IMG/VR virus record: IMGVR_UViG_3300035682_000017
Coordinates: 17,704-81,703 of that record
Direction: 5' to 3' (one strand)
From: a virus
Length of the DNA: 64,000 nt
Below are positions 27,501 to 36,430 of the stretch, one piece after another. Position numbers and translations under genes: made by a program. Each line of letters starts with the position of its first letter. The first letter of the stretch is position 1. The notes below the pieces were generated by a model. That model was not told the DNA's origin. It was given only the letters and a program-made list of their open reading frames with translations, and searched no databases.

Positions 27501-29495
27501 CAGAAAACTTCTAAATCTCCGGTTATATTTGGTGGTGATACATACATTGGAAAATACTCTGAAAAGAATACTTTATTTTATTTTACTAACTGGTTAGAAT
27601 CGGTAATGTTAGATGGTGGCATTTTAGATTATACTAAATACATGATGTTTGATTACTCTTCCTTTTGGATGAATACTTCTGAATTTAACATCAATGAGTT
27701 TTATAAAAGTATTGGTGACGGTTTAGTTGCTGCCATGAAAACTTTAAAGTTTGCTACATTTTTTAAAACTATTAAAAGTCCTTCTGATTTTCATTGCTTT
27801 GATAGAAATGGTGGTACAGGATGGATGATGTTGAAAAATGCATACATGTATTTATTTAATTCAGGAGTTAGAAACTTTTTTGTTGAGTCCGAATTAAATG
27901 TTGATTGTAGAGATTATGAGGATGAGGATGCTAAAAAACATTATCCTATTGAATCAAACTTGTCTAATTTGTTTAACATGCGTACTATTAAAGCGGATAA
28001 CTTTTATAAATTAGATAGAAGTTTATGTGAGTCATTTTTACCGCATTCAAAAACTTCTTGGAGTACTCTTCTTGATACAAAGTATGATCCGACATTGTCA
28101 GAAACTTGTTATACTACAAGAGAGAATAGATTAATTTATTCCTTACCGCAAGAAACATTAAACAAAAAAAATAACTGGTCTGTATTTTTACCAAATAATA
28201 AAAAAGATTTTACAAGTAAGATTACAGCAATTAAACCTGTAGATAAAACAGGAGCCATGTTGTTTTTTCAAAATGAATCTCCAGCATTACTTCCAGGAGT
28301 TGATGAGTTACAAACTGGAAATGGAATCAAATTGATTGTTGGTGATGGTGGTTTATTTTCAAGAGAACTACAAAGATTAAGTCATACAGAAAGATCTATT
28401 GAATATGGTTCTTGCCAAGATGGTTTATCTGCTATAAATACACCGTCTGGTATATTTTGGATTAATGCAAACCAAGGAAAGATTTTTAACTACGCTGGTG
28501 GTTTAAAAGAAATCTCATTAAAGAATAATAGATTTTGGTTAAGTAAACATTTACCATTTCAGATATTAGAATCTTTTCCAAATTTTGATGGTGTTAATAA
28601 TCCTTTAACTGGAATTGGTTGTCAAAGTGTATATGATAATGAATACATGTTGGTTTACTTTAGTAAGAAGGATTACAAATTAAAAGATGAGCATAAAGAT
28701 AAACCGCATTCTTATGTTGGAAACGGTTTATTTATTGTTGATGGGTATAGTACTTTTATTGATAACCCTTTATATTTTGATGAGTGTTCCTTTACTTTAA
28801 GTTATGATGTAAAAAGTTCTGAATTTATTTCATATCATGATTGGTTTCCTGATTTAACTTTCAGCAGTAAGAACAACTTCCTTACAACAAAAGGTGCTAC
28901 AATCTGGAGGCATAATAAAACATGTCAGAAGTATTGTAACTACTATGGTATTGATTATCCATTTGAAGTAGAATTTCAATTAGATACAAAGTTTGCTGTT
29001 TCTACTATTAGAAACATTGAATACTATTTAGAAAGTTATACTTATGCTGATAACTGTTATGATAGATTACATTTACTTGATCATAACTTTGATGAAGCTG
29101 TTGTATATAATTCTGAACAATGTTCTGGTGTTTTAAGAATGAGAGTTGCTCCTAAAAACAATATTACTCAATTGCTACTCTATCCTAAAGTGTCTTACAG
29201 TTTTATAGAGATTTTATTTTCAAAAGAAGAACAGCAATATAGATTTAATCAGTTTTGGGATATAACAAGAAACAGAGGTGAGTTTCAAGATACCAATGAA
29301 GTTATGTGGAATACAGAAGCAAATGGTTATATTCGCGAATTAAATACAAAGTATCTTAATTATAAAAAGAATGCATTTCAGTTAAAGAAATTTAGACACT
29401 ATAACAGTAGGGTTTTACTTAAAAGAAATGTTTGTAATAATGTTGAGATGCTTGTAAATGTTGCGTTTGCTAACCAGCATTTATCACCTAGATAA
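24555..29495 (+). CDS. Muzzle / tail stabilisation protein (P22 gp10-like), 1646 aa
   Basis: LSNEPGN, MRDEVYTYFIRW, PIRHHKFP, IVGYEILRG, IFGGDTYIGK, FTLSYD..FISYHDWFP signatures of the crAss stabilisation protein. Confidence 0.85.
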   Translation: MAKKKTASASSSTFKSTATFDKAMVTDVNDYHLPENAWTYARNAINNSRKGDIGKLSNEPGNQFCTTAPFNIIGSIHIEKDIWAVFSTNNYLSEIGLFVEGECSYTKLVRSTCLRFKTTNLIIGVAKPNAFCSHELFWDDGINPTRYIDINKIPWLETCEDVDGCKICEPTLDSNDEKILDCEQLRLESIYKTPTAVVKKGVGIGTLNNGTYHVHTAYYVNEQRVTDYTTMSNTISLFTHDNVNGSIDVDIKNLDTNIFDDYELVLVYTVAEKTVARHIGMYSTGVTKVSIDNINLESGVIDSKLLGYITPVPDKSKGVYSTGKYLLRVSPTDKFQFNYQPLANQIRTFWQSVEYPKDYYKNGGINVGHMRDEVYTYFIRWIYNTGDKTPSFHIPGRGPVDYVLTNDDGSKGSTLKENDPLPSSFEKNVIEDYTPKVFEVFNTAYFTKSPNTLLDDGGVVIHEGRMGYYESLELYPDNNPQVWNASSHLWSDSGDDNHDLCGKPIRHHKFPENSLNYSGLYSDITNHYNKTGDKIRVMGVRFENIKPPKDNKGKVIKNIVGYEILRGSRDGNRSVLYKGLINNMFEYDLPSKITSRKGLYANYPFNDLRPDPFISKKKTNYDTAGGLKNLVPNTAYSKKHFTFNSPDVSFGRPFLNANELKIYGIAHGISSGKYAEASDHPKHKFYTDLALGVALIAGVGYAMAKQFGKKVNTYTGWQKNSTALPWNVTGTTVAFTGGTAIGYLPNPKPTAAAAALAAADTVKNNALKGLGILDIFTGTNTKELAQKAYIKSTASAAVMGSMYSSASKNEGFDNVDQTPTALRMMQAIPMFLTNMQDGANSTLELIKAVSPYNQFAHQFISKCEYEEYQAPSANNRRRKIDDSRYTTSQMQDFQSTHIINNLYRPTGVVFNTFKNVENTAIADVSRPDRLSQMADNDKFEFQRRRAASHYVAFKNPDRRQYGQLDSIKMIPTKSEYVEIDLTQKTSKSPVIFGGDTYIGKYSEKNTLFYFTNWLESVMLDGGILDYTKYMMFDYSSFWMNTSEFNINEFYKSIGDGLVAAMKTLKFATFFKTIKSPSDFHCFDRNGGTGWMMLKNAYMYLFNSGVRNFFVESELNVDCRDYEDEDAKKHYPIESNLSNLFNMRTIKADNFYKLDRSLCESFLPHSKTSWSTLLDTKYDPTLSETCYTTRENRLIYSLPQETLNKKNNWSVFLPNNKKDFTSKITAIKPVDKTGAMLFFQNESPALLPGVDELQTGNGIKLIVGDGGLFSRELQRLSHTERSIEYGSCQDGLSAINTPSGIFWINANQGKIFNYAGGLKEISLKNNRFWLSKHLPFQILESFPNFDGVNNPLTGIGCQSVYDNEYMLVYFSKKDYKLKDEHKDKPHSYVGNGLFIVDGYSTFIDNPLYFDECSFTLSYDVKSSEFISYHDWFPDLTFSSKNNFLTTKGATIWRHNKTCQKYCNYYGIDYPFEVEFQLDTKFAVSTIRNIEYYLESYTYADNCYDRLHLLDHNFDEAVVYNSEQCSGVLRMRVAPKNNITQLLLYPKVSYSFIEILFSKEEQQYRFNQFWDITRNRGEFQDTNEVMWNTEANGYIRELNTKYLNYKKNAFQLKKFRHYNSRVLLKRNVCNNVEMLVNVAFANQHLSPR

Positions 29496-29513
29496 ATATT
29501 AATTAGTTAAGTA

Positions 29514-29542
29514 TTGTAAAAAATTTTTAGTATATTAAAAGT
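29514..29542 (+). promoter_or_regulatory. Putative late promoter TTGTAAAAAATTTTTAG-TATATTA-AAAGT-ATG
   Basis: Near copy of 11494-11520. Heads the cargo gene block. Confidence 0.6.
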
Positions 29543-32500
29543 ATGGCGAAGAAAGTATTAGATAATAAACCTACATTGGATGAATACATTAAGGTGTATG
29601 AACAATCTCTGGCTTTAGAGAATTCTTTAAAATCTAATCCTGATTATAAGTTAACTGCGGCTTTTCCAGCTAAAACAGATTGGTTAAAAAATTTACGTAT
29701 TGCTAGTGATAATTATGAAGCTGACACTAATCCAAAGCATCCATATTTTTCACGACTATTAAGTAATCCTTATCTATCAAAAGAAGATAAAGCACAAATA
29801 CTAGAAAACTCTAAAAAATATACACCGGGCTTTTATTATAAAGAAGAAACTCCAAATACTTTTTATCAAAGAGAATTATCTTTTGGTAATATTAATGATG
29901 AGTTTCCAATGGCATATTACGATACAAGAATTAAACCTACTTTACAAGTTGTTTATCAAAGAGAGGGAGCTGGAGAATTACAAGATCGTGTTCAAATGTA
30001 TAAGTATGATCTTCCTGTTTTAAGAGAACAAGTTGTTAAATTATTTCCAGAAGCAGAAGAAAAACTAAAAGCTGTAGAACAAAAGTTTAATAAACCTGTT
30101 GCTACTACTCAAGCTGCACAACCAGTACAATCAGGATACCCTTCTGGGTATGCTCCATATAGTTTGTATGGAAAAGTTCTTGATCCAAAAGTTTATGGCT
30201 ATGGAGAAAGTACAAGTGGTACTCCTATTCAAGTAGCTCAATTTTTAGATACTTATGGGTTGCAAAGAAAAATGAAAGAGTATTCAAAAGATAATTCTTT
30301 TCCATGGTCAGCACAAAAAGAAACTACTTTTGATAATGGAGGTATGGTTTTAAAACGTGACATACAAAAAAATGCAGCTTTAGTTCCTAAACAAAAAACT
30401 GTTACTCTTGATACACATGATAATGAATATTCCAATACACCTAAAATTAGAGATGCGGATAAAACTTATTATGATGATACAACTGGTACAATTTATTTAT
30501 CTCCGGAAGATGCAAAAAATAATGATGTAATTAAAGATCTTGAAGCTCAACATTATAAGTTACAAAAATACAAAGACTTGGATAAACAAGGTGTTGCATT
30601 TAAAGAAAAGAATAGAGTTAAATCTTTTCAAAGTGTTCCTTTTGATAGCAATTTTAATTTTAACTTTAATACAGATACAAAACAGGAAGCTGATAATAGA
30701 AAACAAATTACTGGAGTTAATACTTCTTTAGATGTTAATACTCCATTTGGTTTAAGTGTTGGTGCAGATGCATCATTTAAAAAAGATGCAGATAGAGTTT
30801 TGTTTGCTTTAAAAAATCAAAGAGTTGGGTTGCAAGGAAATGCAGGTAATTATAGTTTTGGTGTTAATGCAAATAACAGTTTTGATGAAAATGGTAAACC
30901 TTTATTCAATCCTAATACTACAGCATTTATTCAAAAAAATAATTTTAGAGTAGAAGGTAATAATAGTTTTCAAAAACAAGAAGATGGTACTTACAGTTTT
31001 AATCCAAATGCAACATTTTCTTATGATGATGGAAGAAATTCGGTAGCAGTAAAGCAAGAGTTTGCAAAAGGTGAAGATGGTAAATGGAAAACTACACCTA
31101 GCTTTTCTGGAAATTTTAAAAGAGGAAATTGGGATTTTGGTCAAAGTGTTTCTCCTTTTAGAGATGAAGAAGGTAATCTTAATACAGAGGCATCTACTTC
31201 AATAGGATATACTAGTCCAACTGAAAGATTTAATGTTGGTGCTACTAGAAACACTTCTAGTTTTAATAACGAATCTCCACAATTTAATAGTGGAAATCTT
31301 AATATGTCTTATATGCAACCTGTTGGTAGAAATGTAAACTTAAATGTTTCTGGTTCCAATGAGTTTACAAAAGAAGATATGTTAAATCCTAATTTAAAAC
31401 TAGGAGTTAATTATGGTGGAAAAAATAATCCTATGTCAATTAACATAGGTAATGAATTTAAAGAAGGATCATTATTTAATCCAACTGTAGGATTTAGATA
31501 CAAATTAAAAAAAGGCGGTCCTATAAAAAAAGAATTGCCTGATGATTATAATAATTTTTTAAACTTTAATAAAACTCTTCCTTCAAATTTACAAGATCCA
31601 AATTTTGAATATGGTAATCCTAATCATTATGACTTGTATGGTTTATGGGAAAGTTTAGGAAAGTCTAAAGATTTTAATCAAGCTGTAAAAAATAATCCTG
31701 ATTGGCAACCTGATGAAGAAGATGGACTATATCATGGATTTACTGTTAATACAAATGGTGTATTTTTAAAACCTGCAAACCATCCAACTACTTATAAAGA
31801 AGTTATGATGGCTAGTTTAAATACAGATCCTTATTTTAAGGAAAATACAATTATAATGAACGAGGATGGTAGATTGCAATATGTACCACGTAAAAAAAAT
31901 GGAGGAACTATGAATGAGCAATTAATGCAACAAGTGCAACAGATGATTGAACAAGGCGCATCTAAAGGAGATGTAGCTCAACAATTAATGGCAGCTGTAC
32001 AAGAAGGACAGTTAGACCAAGAATCAGTTATGCAAGTATTTCAGCAATTAGGAATTACTGAACAAGATTTACAACAAGTACAGCAACCGCAACAACCTTC
32101 TGAAGCTCAACAACAAGTTATGGCTTTAGGTGGTATGCCTAGATTTCCTAATGGAGGACAACCTTCTCCAGAAGAAATGGCTATGATGCAACAGCAACAA
32201 GCTCAACAACAAGGTGCGCCTCAAGAGCAACAACAAGGAGGTGGTGATCAAATGCAACAAGTAATGCAAATGGTTCAGCAAATGGTTCAACAAGGTGCAC
32301 AACCTGTTGATATAGTGCAAGCCTTACTGCAAAATCAATTACCACCTGAAGCAATTATGCAAGTGCTTACTCAAATGGGTATGGAACCTGAAGAAGCGCA
32401 AGCAACTATTCAGCAAGTAATGCAAGGTGGTCAACAACAACCACAACAGCAACAAGGTCCTGGTGAAGAACAAGTAGAAGGTGAATCTTCCAATCCTGAA

Positions 32501-34159
32501 GAAGAAGAAGAGGAGCAACAAGAACTTCCTCAACAAGCTTTTGGTAGTCAATTGAAAAAATTAATTTCAAATCACTCTAAAAGTGAACTTACTTCTGAAG
32601 TGGATTCTGACATTCATTCTGCAACTAGAAATTTAAAATTTGCAAATACGCTTAGAAAGAATGCACATGAGGCAATGCTAAATGAAGCTTTTGATTTTCC
32701 TAGTTTAAAAAATAATTCTAACTCTAACTCTTTACCACAAGCTGCTTGGGGGGATGATTTGAAAGCACTTCAAGATAAATATAAAGATGATGCTGAATAT
32801 AAAAAATATTTAGATGAGCAAAAGGCTTATACTGATTGGAAAACAAATCAAGGACAACAAGGTCAAGGACAAGGGCAACCAGGTGTAAATAATATTTATT
32901 ATGTAAATGATCCTAGAGGTGGTGGTTCACAATCAACTTATCAAAATCCTGGAGCATTTTCAAGATTATTTAATAACTCTGGTTGGACTTCAGATAGATT
33001 AGGTTTTGATTTTTCAAATCTTCCTTTATCCAATGATCCAGATGCTAAATACAATGTAACTGCTATAACTCCTGAAAAAGGAATTTTGGGTAGAAGAAAA
33101 GTAAGGTATGATATTAATTGGGGAACAACTCCTAATGATGCTTCAACAACTGGTACAGGTGCAACAGGTACAACTCCTGCGGTTGAACCTTTATCTGATA
33201 GACAAATAAGAAGAGGTAGAAGAAAATTTGATAATGAATATGAAGATGCTTTAGATGAAAAAATTGACGGTGTTAATAAAAATCAATCAAAAGCAGACCA
33301 ATTTACTGATAAGTGGAATGCAGCTAACGACTTAATAAATTCTAAAGAGTCTACTAAATTTAAAGATCAAGTAAATCCATATGATGCACCTAACCCACTT
33401 CTTGCTGAAAAGTATTTTGAAGGTGATGACAATATTTCCAGAAGAGATATTAAAGGTTATTATAAAGAAGCTTATCCGAATATGCCTCGTAAAGATGTAA
33501 GACAACTAGCAAGAGAATCTGCTGAAAACAAAGTGGTTATTGGTACTAATAGTAACTATGAAATTCCAGCAAGTCAAGATGATGCAAACGGTATAGGTGA
33601 CTTCTTTAGAAATACTGCTTATAATGTTCGTACTGGTATTAGTAATGCATTTGGTCATTTAAGTAATAAATCTTACGGAGGTTTAATTCAAGCTGGTCCA
33701 GGTATTAACATGGAAGATCCAATGGTTAGAGGATATAGTACAGATGAAGATAAACCTGCTACAGCTTTAAATCAAAAAGGAAGCGTTACTGTAAAAGAAA
33801 AGTTTAAATTGGATAAGGATGCTTTTGCAGATGCTTCTAAATTAACTGCGGATACAATCTCTTCTAGCTTAAATAGAGCAGATTTACAAGAAAGAGCAAA
33901 TGATCCTGAACAATATTCAGCTGTGAATAGATTCAGTCCAACTGCTTATTCACATGCTTCAAGCGGTTTATATGATGAGCAAGGTAATTTTAAACCTAAC
34001 AACGTAGGTGCTACAACTATATTCAATCCAACAAATGCAGAAGGTAGTTTTTATAAACAATTGTTTGCACTTGGTGGAGGTGTAAATAAAATAACTTTTA
34101 CAGATGAAGAGTTACAAGTTTTAAAAGACGCAGGTTATAATACTGATGACTTAATCTAA
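29543..34159 (+). CDS. Modular virion cargo (internal/ejected) protein, 1538 aa
   Basis: Follows the muzzle gene. Modules are separated by xxxGG motifs and include a beta-barrel-like segment and Gln/Met-rich repeats. Confidence 0.65.
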   Translation: MAKKVLDNKPTLDEYIKVYEQSLALENSLKSNPDYKLTAAFPAKTDWLKNLRIASDNYEADTNPKHPYFSRLLSNPYLSKEDKAQILENSKKYTPGFYYKEETPNTFYQRELSFGNINDEFPMAYYDTRIKPTLQVVYQREGAGELQDRVQMYKYDLPVLREQVVKLFPEAEEKLKAVEQKFNKPVATTQAAQPVQSGYPSGYAPYSLYGKVLDPKVYGYGESTSGTPIQVAQFLDTYGLQRKMKEYSKDNSFPWSAQKETTFDNGGMVLKRDIQKNAALVPKQKTVTLDTHDNEYSNTPKIRDADKTYYDDTTGTIYLSPEDAKNNDVIKDLEAQHYKLQKYKDLDKQGVAFKEKNRVKSFQSVPFDSNFNFNFNTDTKQEADNRKQITGVNTSLDVNTPFGLSVGADASFKKDADRVLFALKNQRVGLQGNAGNYSFGVNANNSFDENGKPLFNPNTTAFIQKNNFRVEGNNSFQKQEDGTYSFNPNATFSYDDGRNSVAVKQEFAKGEDGKWKTTPSFSGNFKRGNWDFGQSVSPFRDEEGNLNTEASTSIGYTSPTERFNVGATRNTSSFNNESPQFNSGNLNMSYMQPVGRNVNLNVSGSNEFTKEDMLNPNLKLGVNYGGKNNPMSINIGNEFKEGSLFNPTVGFRYKLKKGGPIKKELPDDYNNFLNFNKTLPSNLQDPNFEYGNPNHYDLYGLWESLGKSKDFNQAVKNNPDWQPDEEDGLYHGFTVNTNGVFLKPANHPTTYKEVMMASLNTDPYFKENTIIMNEDGRLQYVPRKKNGGTMNEQLMQQVQQMIEQGASKGDVAQQLMAAVQEGQLDQESVMQVFQQLGITEQDLQQVQQPQQPSEAQQQVMALGGMPRFPNGGQPSPEEMAMMQQQQAQQQGAPQEQQQGGGDQMQQVMQMVQQMVQQGAQPVDIVQALLQNQLPPEAIMQVLTQMGMEPEEAQATIQQVMQGGQQQPQQQQGPGEEQVEGESSNPEEEEEEQQELPQQAFGSQLKKLISNHSKSELTSEVDSDIHSATRNLKFANTLRKNAHEAMLNEAFDFPSLKNNSNSNSLPQAAWGDDLKALQDKYKDDAEYKKYLDEQKAYTDWKTNQGQQGQGQGQPGVNNIYYVNDPRGGGSQSTYQNPGAFSRLFNNSGWTSDRLGFDFSNLPLSNDPDAKYNVTAITPEKGILGRRKVRYDINWGTTPNDASTTGTGATGTTPAVEPLSDRQIRRGRRKFDNEYEDALDEKIDGVNKNQSKADQFTDKWNAANDLINSKESTKFKDQVNPYDAPNPLLAEKYFEGDDNISRRDIKGYYKEAYPNMPRKDVRQLARESAENKVVIGTNSNYEIPASQDDANGIGDFFRNTAYNVRTGISNAFGHLSNKSYGGLIQAGPGINMEDPMVRGYSTDEDKPATALNQKGSVTVKEKFKLDKDAFADASKLTADTISSSLNRADLQERANDPEQYSAVNRFSPTAYSHASSGLYDEQGNFKPNNVGATTIFNPTNAEGSFYKQLFALGGGVNKITFTDEELQVLKDAGYNTDDLI

Positions 34160-34164
34160 TTACA

Positions 34165-36381
34165 ATGAGAAATTTAAAACAAAATATTAATACTACTTTA
34201 AAACCAGAAGATAGAAAAAAATCTAATGTTGAAGTAGAAAAAGGAGAAATTGTATTTACTAAAAAGGATCCTAATTCAAACATGTTTGAGCTTTATTTAG
34301 CTGGTGGAAAAAAACATGGTTCTGGAGGAACGCCATTAAATTTACCAGTAGGGGATGGTGAAAATAAAGGATCATCTTTTATATTTTCAGATAGATTGAA
34401 AGTTAAAGATAAAGATGCTTTAGATTTTTTTGGATTTGAAACCAATAAGAAAATAACAATAGCTGATTTAATCAGACCATTGGTAGATGTTGTAAACAAA
34501 TCTAAATCTATTTTGTTAGATAAAAATGCAGATAAAATCTCTAAAGGTTCTGCAGAAAAAAATCTTGAAAATGCTAGATTTAAAATTGATGCTGCAAAGT
34601 TATATCAAGAATCTCTTAAAGGGATGAAAGATGTTCCAGAAGCAGAATCATTTTTTGAAAAAACAGCATTAAGTCCAGAAAAGGTTTTTGGAATTGATCC
34701 TAAACAACAAGAGCAAGCACATGAAGCTATCAAAATGGCTTTAGGTGGAATGATGCAAAATGCAAACTCACCGAGTTTTGATTTTGGTGGAGATCCTCAA
34801 ATACATTATTATGAAGATCCTGAACCAGAATATTCACCATCTCCATTCTTTATGGCAGAAGGTGGACAACTTCCTAAATATCCAGGTGGAACTTCTGTTA
34901 GAAGAAGAAAAACTATTGTGTTTGATTCAAAAAGTGGACCAGGTACAGTTAGTCAATGGGTTAATAGTGATGCAAAAAATAAAGAATTGGATGAAAAAGC
35001 AAATGCTATTATTGAAGCTGGTATTGCAAAAGGTGAAATTAAATATAATGAAAACACTGGAAACATTGAGCTTTTAGGAAACTTTTCTCCGACCTTTGCT
35101 GAAAGAATGATTATTACAAAAGTATTTAATCAAGCTGGTGAAAAAAAACTTGCCACTACTCAATTCAATGTAACTAATCAAAAACCTGGAAGATACTCTA
35201 AAGCAAATTCAAAAGGTACGTTAGAAGGAACTGGTTCATTTGTTGCAGGATTTACTCCTGAAATGTATGAGCAAAAATATATGTATTCAAAAGCTCTTGC
35301 TGAAGGTAAATCTGAAGAGGAAGCATTAAAATTTGCGGATGCACATAGATCTACAAAAGAATCAAGAGCAGAGTTTACTAAGTATTTAGGACTAAACATT
35401 CCAGATGCAGATTTAGCAGATGACAAATGGTATGATAAAAACTATGATAAAATTACTTCTGGTATTGAAGCAACATTTCCAAAAGATCAATATAGAAAGT
35501 ATAAAGGTAATGATGGTACTTCAGGGTTTGACCACTTTGATGCAATTGGATTTAAAGCTAAAAAACCTATAGAAAGTTTACCAGGAACTAGTAATGATAA
35601 AGATACTTCTGTTACAACTGTTGATCATGTTAATCCTAATGTGGGAGCTACTCCTTTTGGTTATAGACAAGAAGATATTAATTTATTAAATAGAGGTTTA
35701 GAACGTAAAAATGAAATAGGTGCATTGCTTCCTATACAAGCATCATTTAATGCTGTCATTCCTAAAGTGCCATACTATTCTCCTGAAAGAGCTCTTGCTT
35801 CAAATAAAGAAGACATGGCGCAAGCTATTGCTGGAATTAAAACTTTTTCTGATCCTAATGCGGCAGCTGCTAATGCAATGGCTGTATACAATGAAGGCTA
35901 CAAAAAATCCATGAATATAATTGACAATGTTTCTGATAAGAATATTAATCAAGAATCTATTTATGAACAAAGCAAAGCACAAATTCTAAACCAGTTTAAT
36001 CAAGCTGATGCTGCTTCTGATGTACTCTATACAGATAAGGTAAATTCTACAATGCAAAATGTTAGAGATGCTTTAAGTACAGCCAAAGATGCGATTGTAG
36101 GTTATAAGAATTCAGCACTTACTAATGCTTCTGATATTTACAATGTTAACCAAATGCAAGAGCACTATAAGAAGAATCCTGTTACTGGTAAGATTGACTT
36201 TGCTCCAGGATACGATCCATTTGCAGCATCTAAAAGTTCTACTACTACTGCGTATGATGAGTTCAATTCAATTAAAAGTAAATACAAAAATATGCCTGAT
36301 GAACTTGCTGTTAAACTAGTAGCTATTCAAATGGGTAAAAACACAGATAAGACGGTAGCAGATCCAGATGAAAAAATTTAA
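34165..36381 (+). CDS. Cargo protein (crAss cargo protein 1-like N-terminal domain)
   Basis: NVEVEKGE...GKKHGSGGTPLNLP...SFIFSDRLKV motif, a cluster of xxxGG motifs, helical C-terminus. Confidence 0.65.
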   Translation: MRNLKQNINTTLKPEDRKKSNVEVEKGEIVFTKKDPNSNMFELYLAGGKKHGSGGTPLNLPVGDGENKGSSFIFSDRLKVKDKDALDFFGFETNKKITIADLIRPLVDVVNKSKSILLDKNADKISKGSAEKNLENARFKIDAAKLYQESLKGMKDVPEAESFFEKTALSPEKVFGIDPKQQEQAHEAIKMALGGMMQNANSPSFDFGGDPQIHYYEDPEPEYSPSPFFMAEGGQLPKYPGGTSVRRRKTIVFDSKSGPGTVSQWVNSDAKNKELDEKANAIIEAGIAKGEIKYNENTGNIELLGNFSPTFAERMIITKVFNQAGEKKLATTQFNVTNQKPGRYSKANSKGTLEGTGSFVAGFTPEMYEQKYMYSKALAEGKSEEEALKFADAHRSTKESRAEFTKYLGLNIPDADLADDKWYDKNYDKITSGIEATFPKDQYRKYKGNDGTSGFDHFDAIGFKAKKPIESLPGTSNDKDTSVTTVDHVNPNVGATPFGYRQEDINLLNRGLERKNEIGALLPIQASFNAVIPKVPYYSPERALASNKEDMAQAIAGIKTFSDPNAAAANAMAVYNEGYKKSMNIIDNVSDKNINQESIYEQSKAQILNQFNQADAASDVLYTDKVNSTMQNVRDALSTAKDAIVGYKNSALTNASDIYNVNQMQEHYKKNPVTGKIDFAPGYDPFAASKSSTTTAYDEFNSIKSKYKNMPDELAVKLVAIQMGKNTDKTVADPDEKI

Positions 36382-36430
36382 ACAATTTTTAGTTAATTTT
36401 TAATTAATATATTTACAAAAACATTATTAC

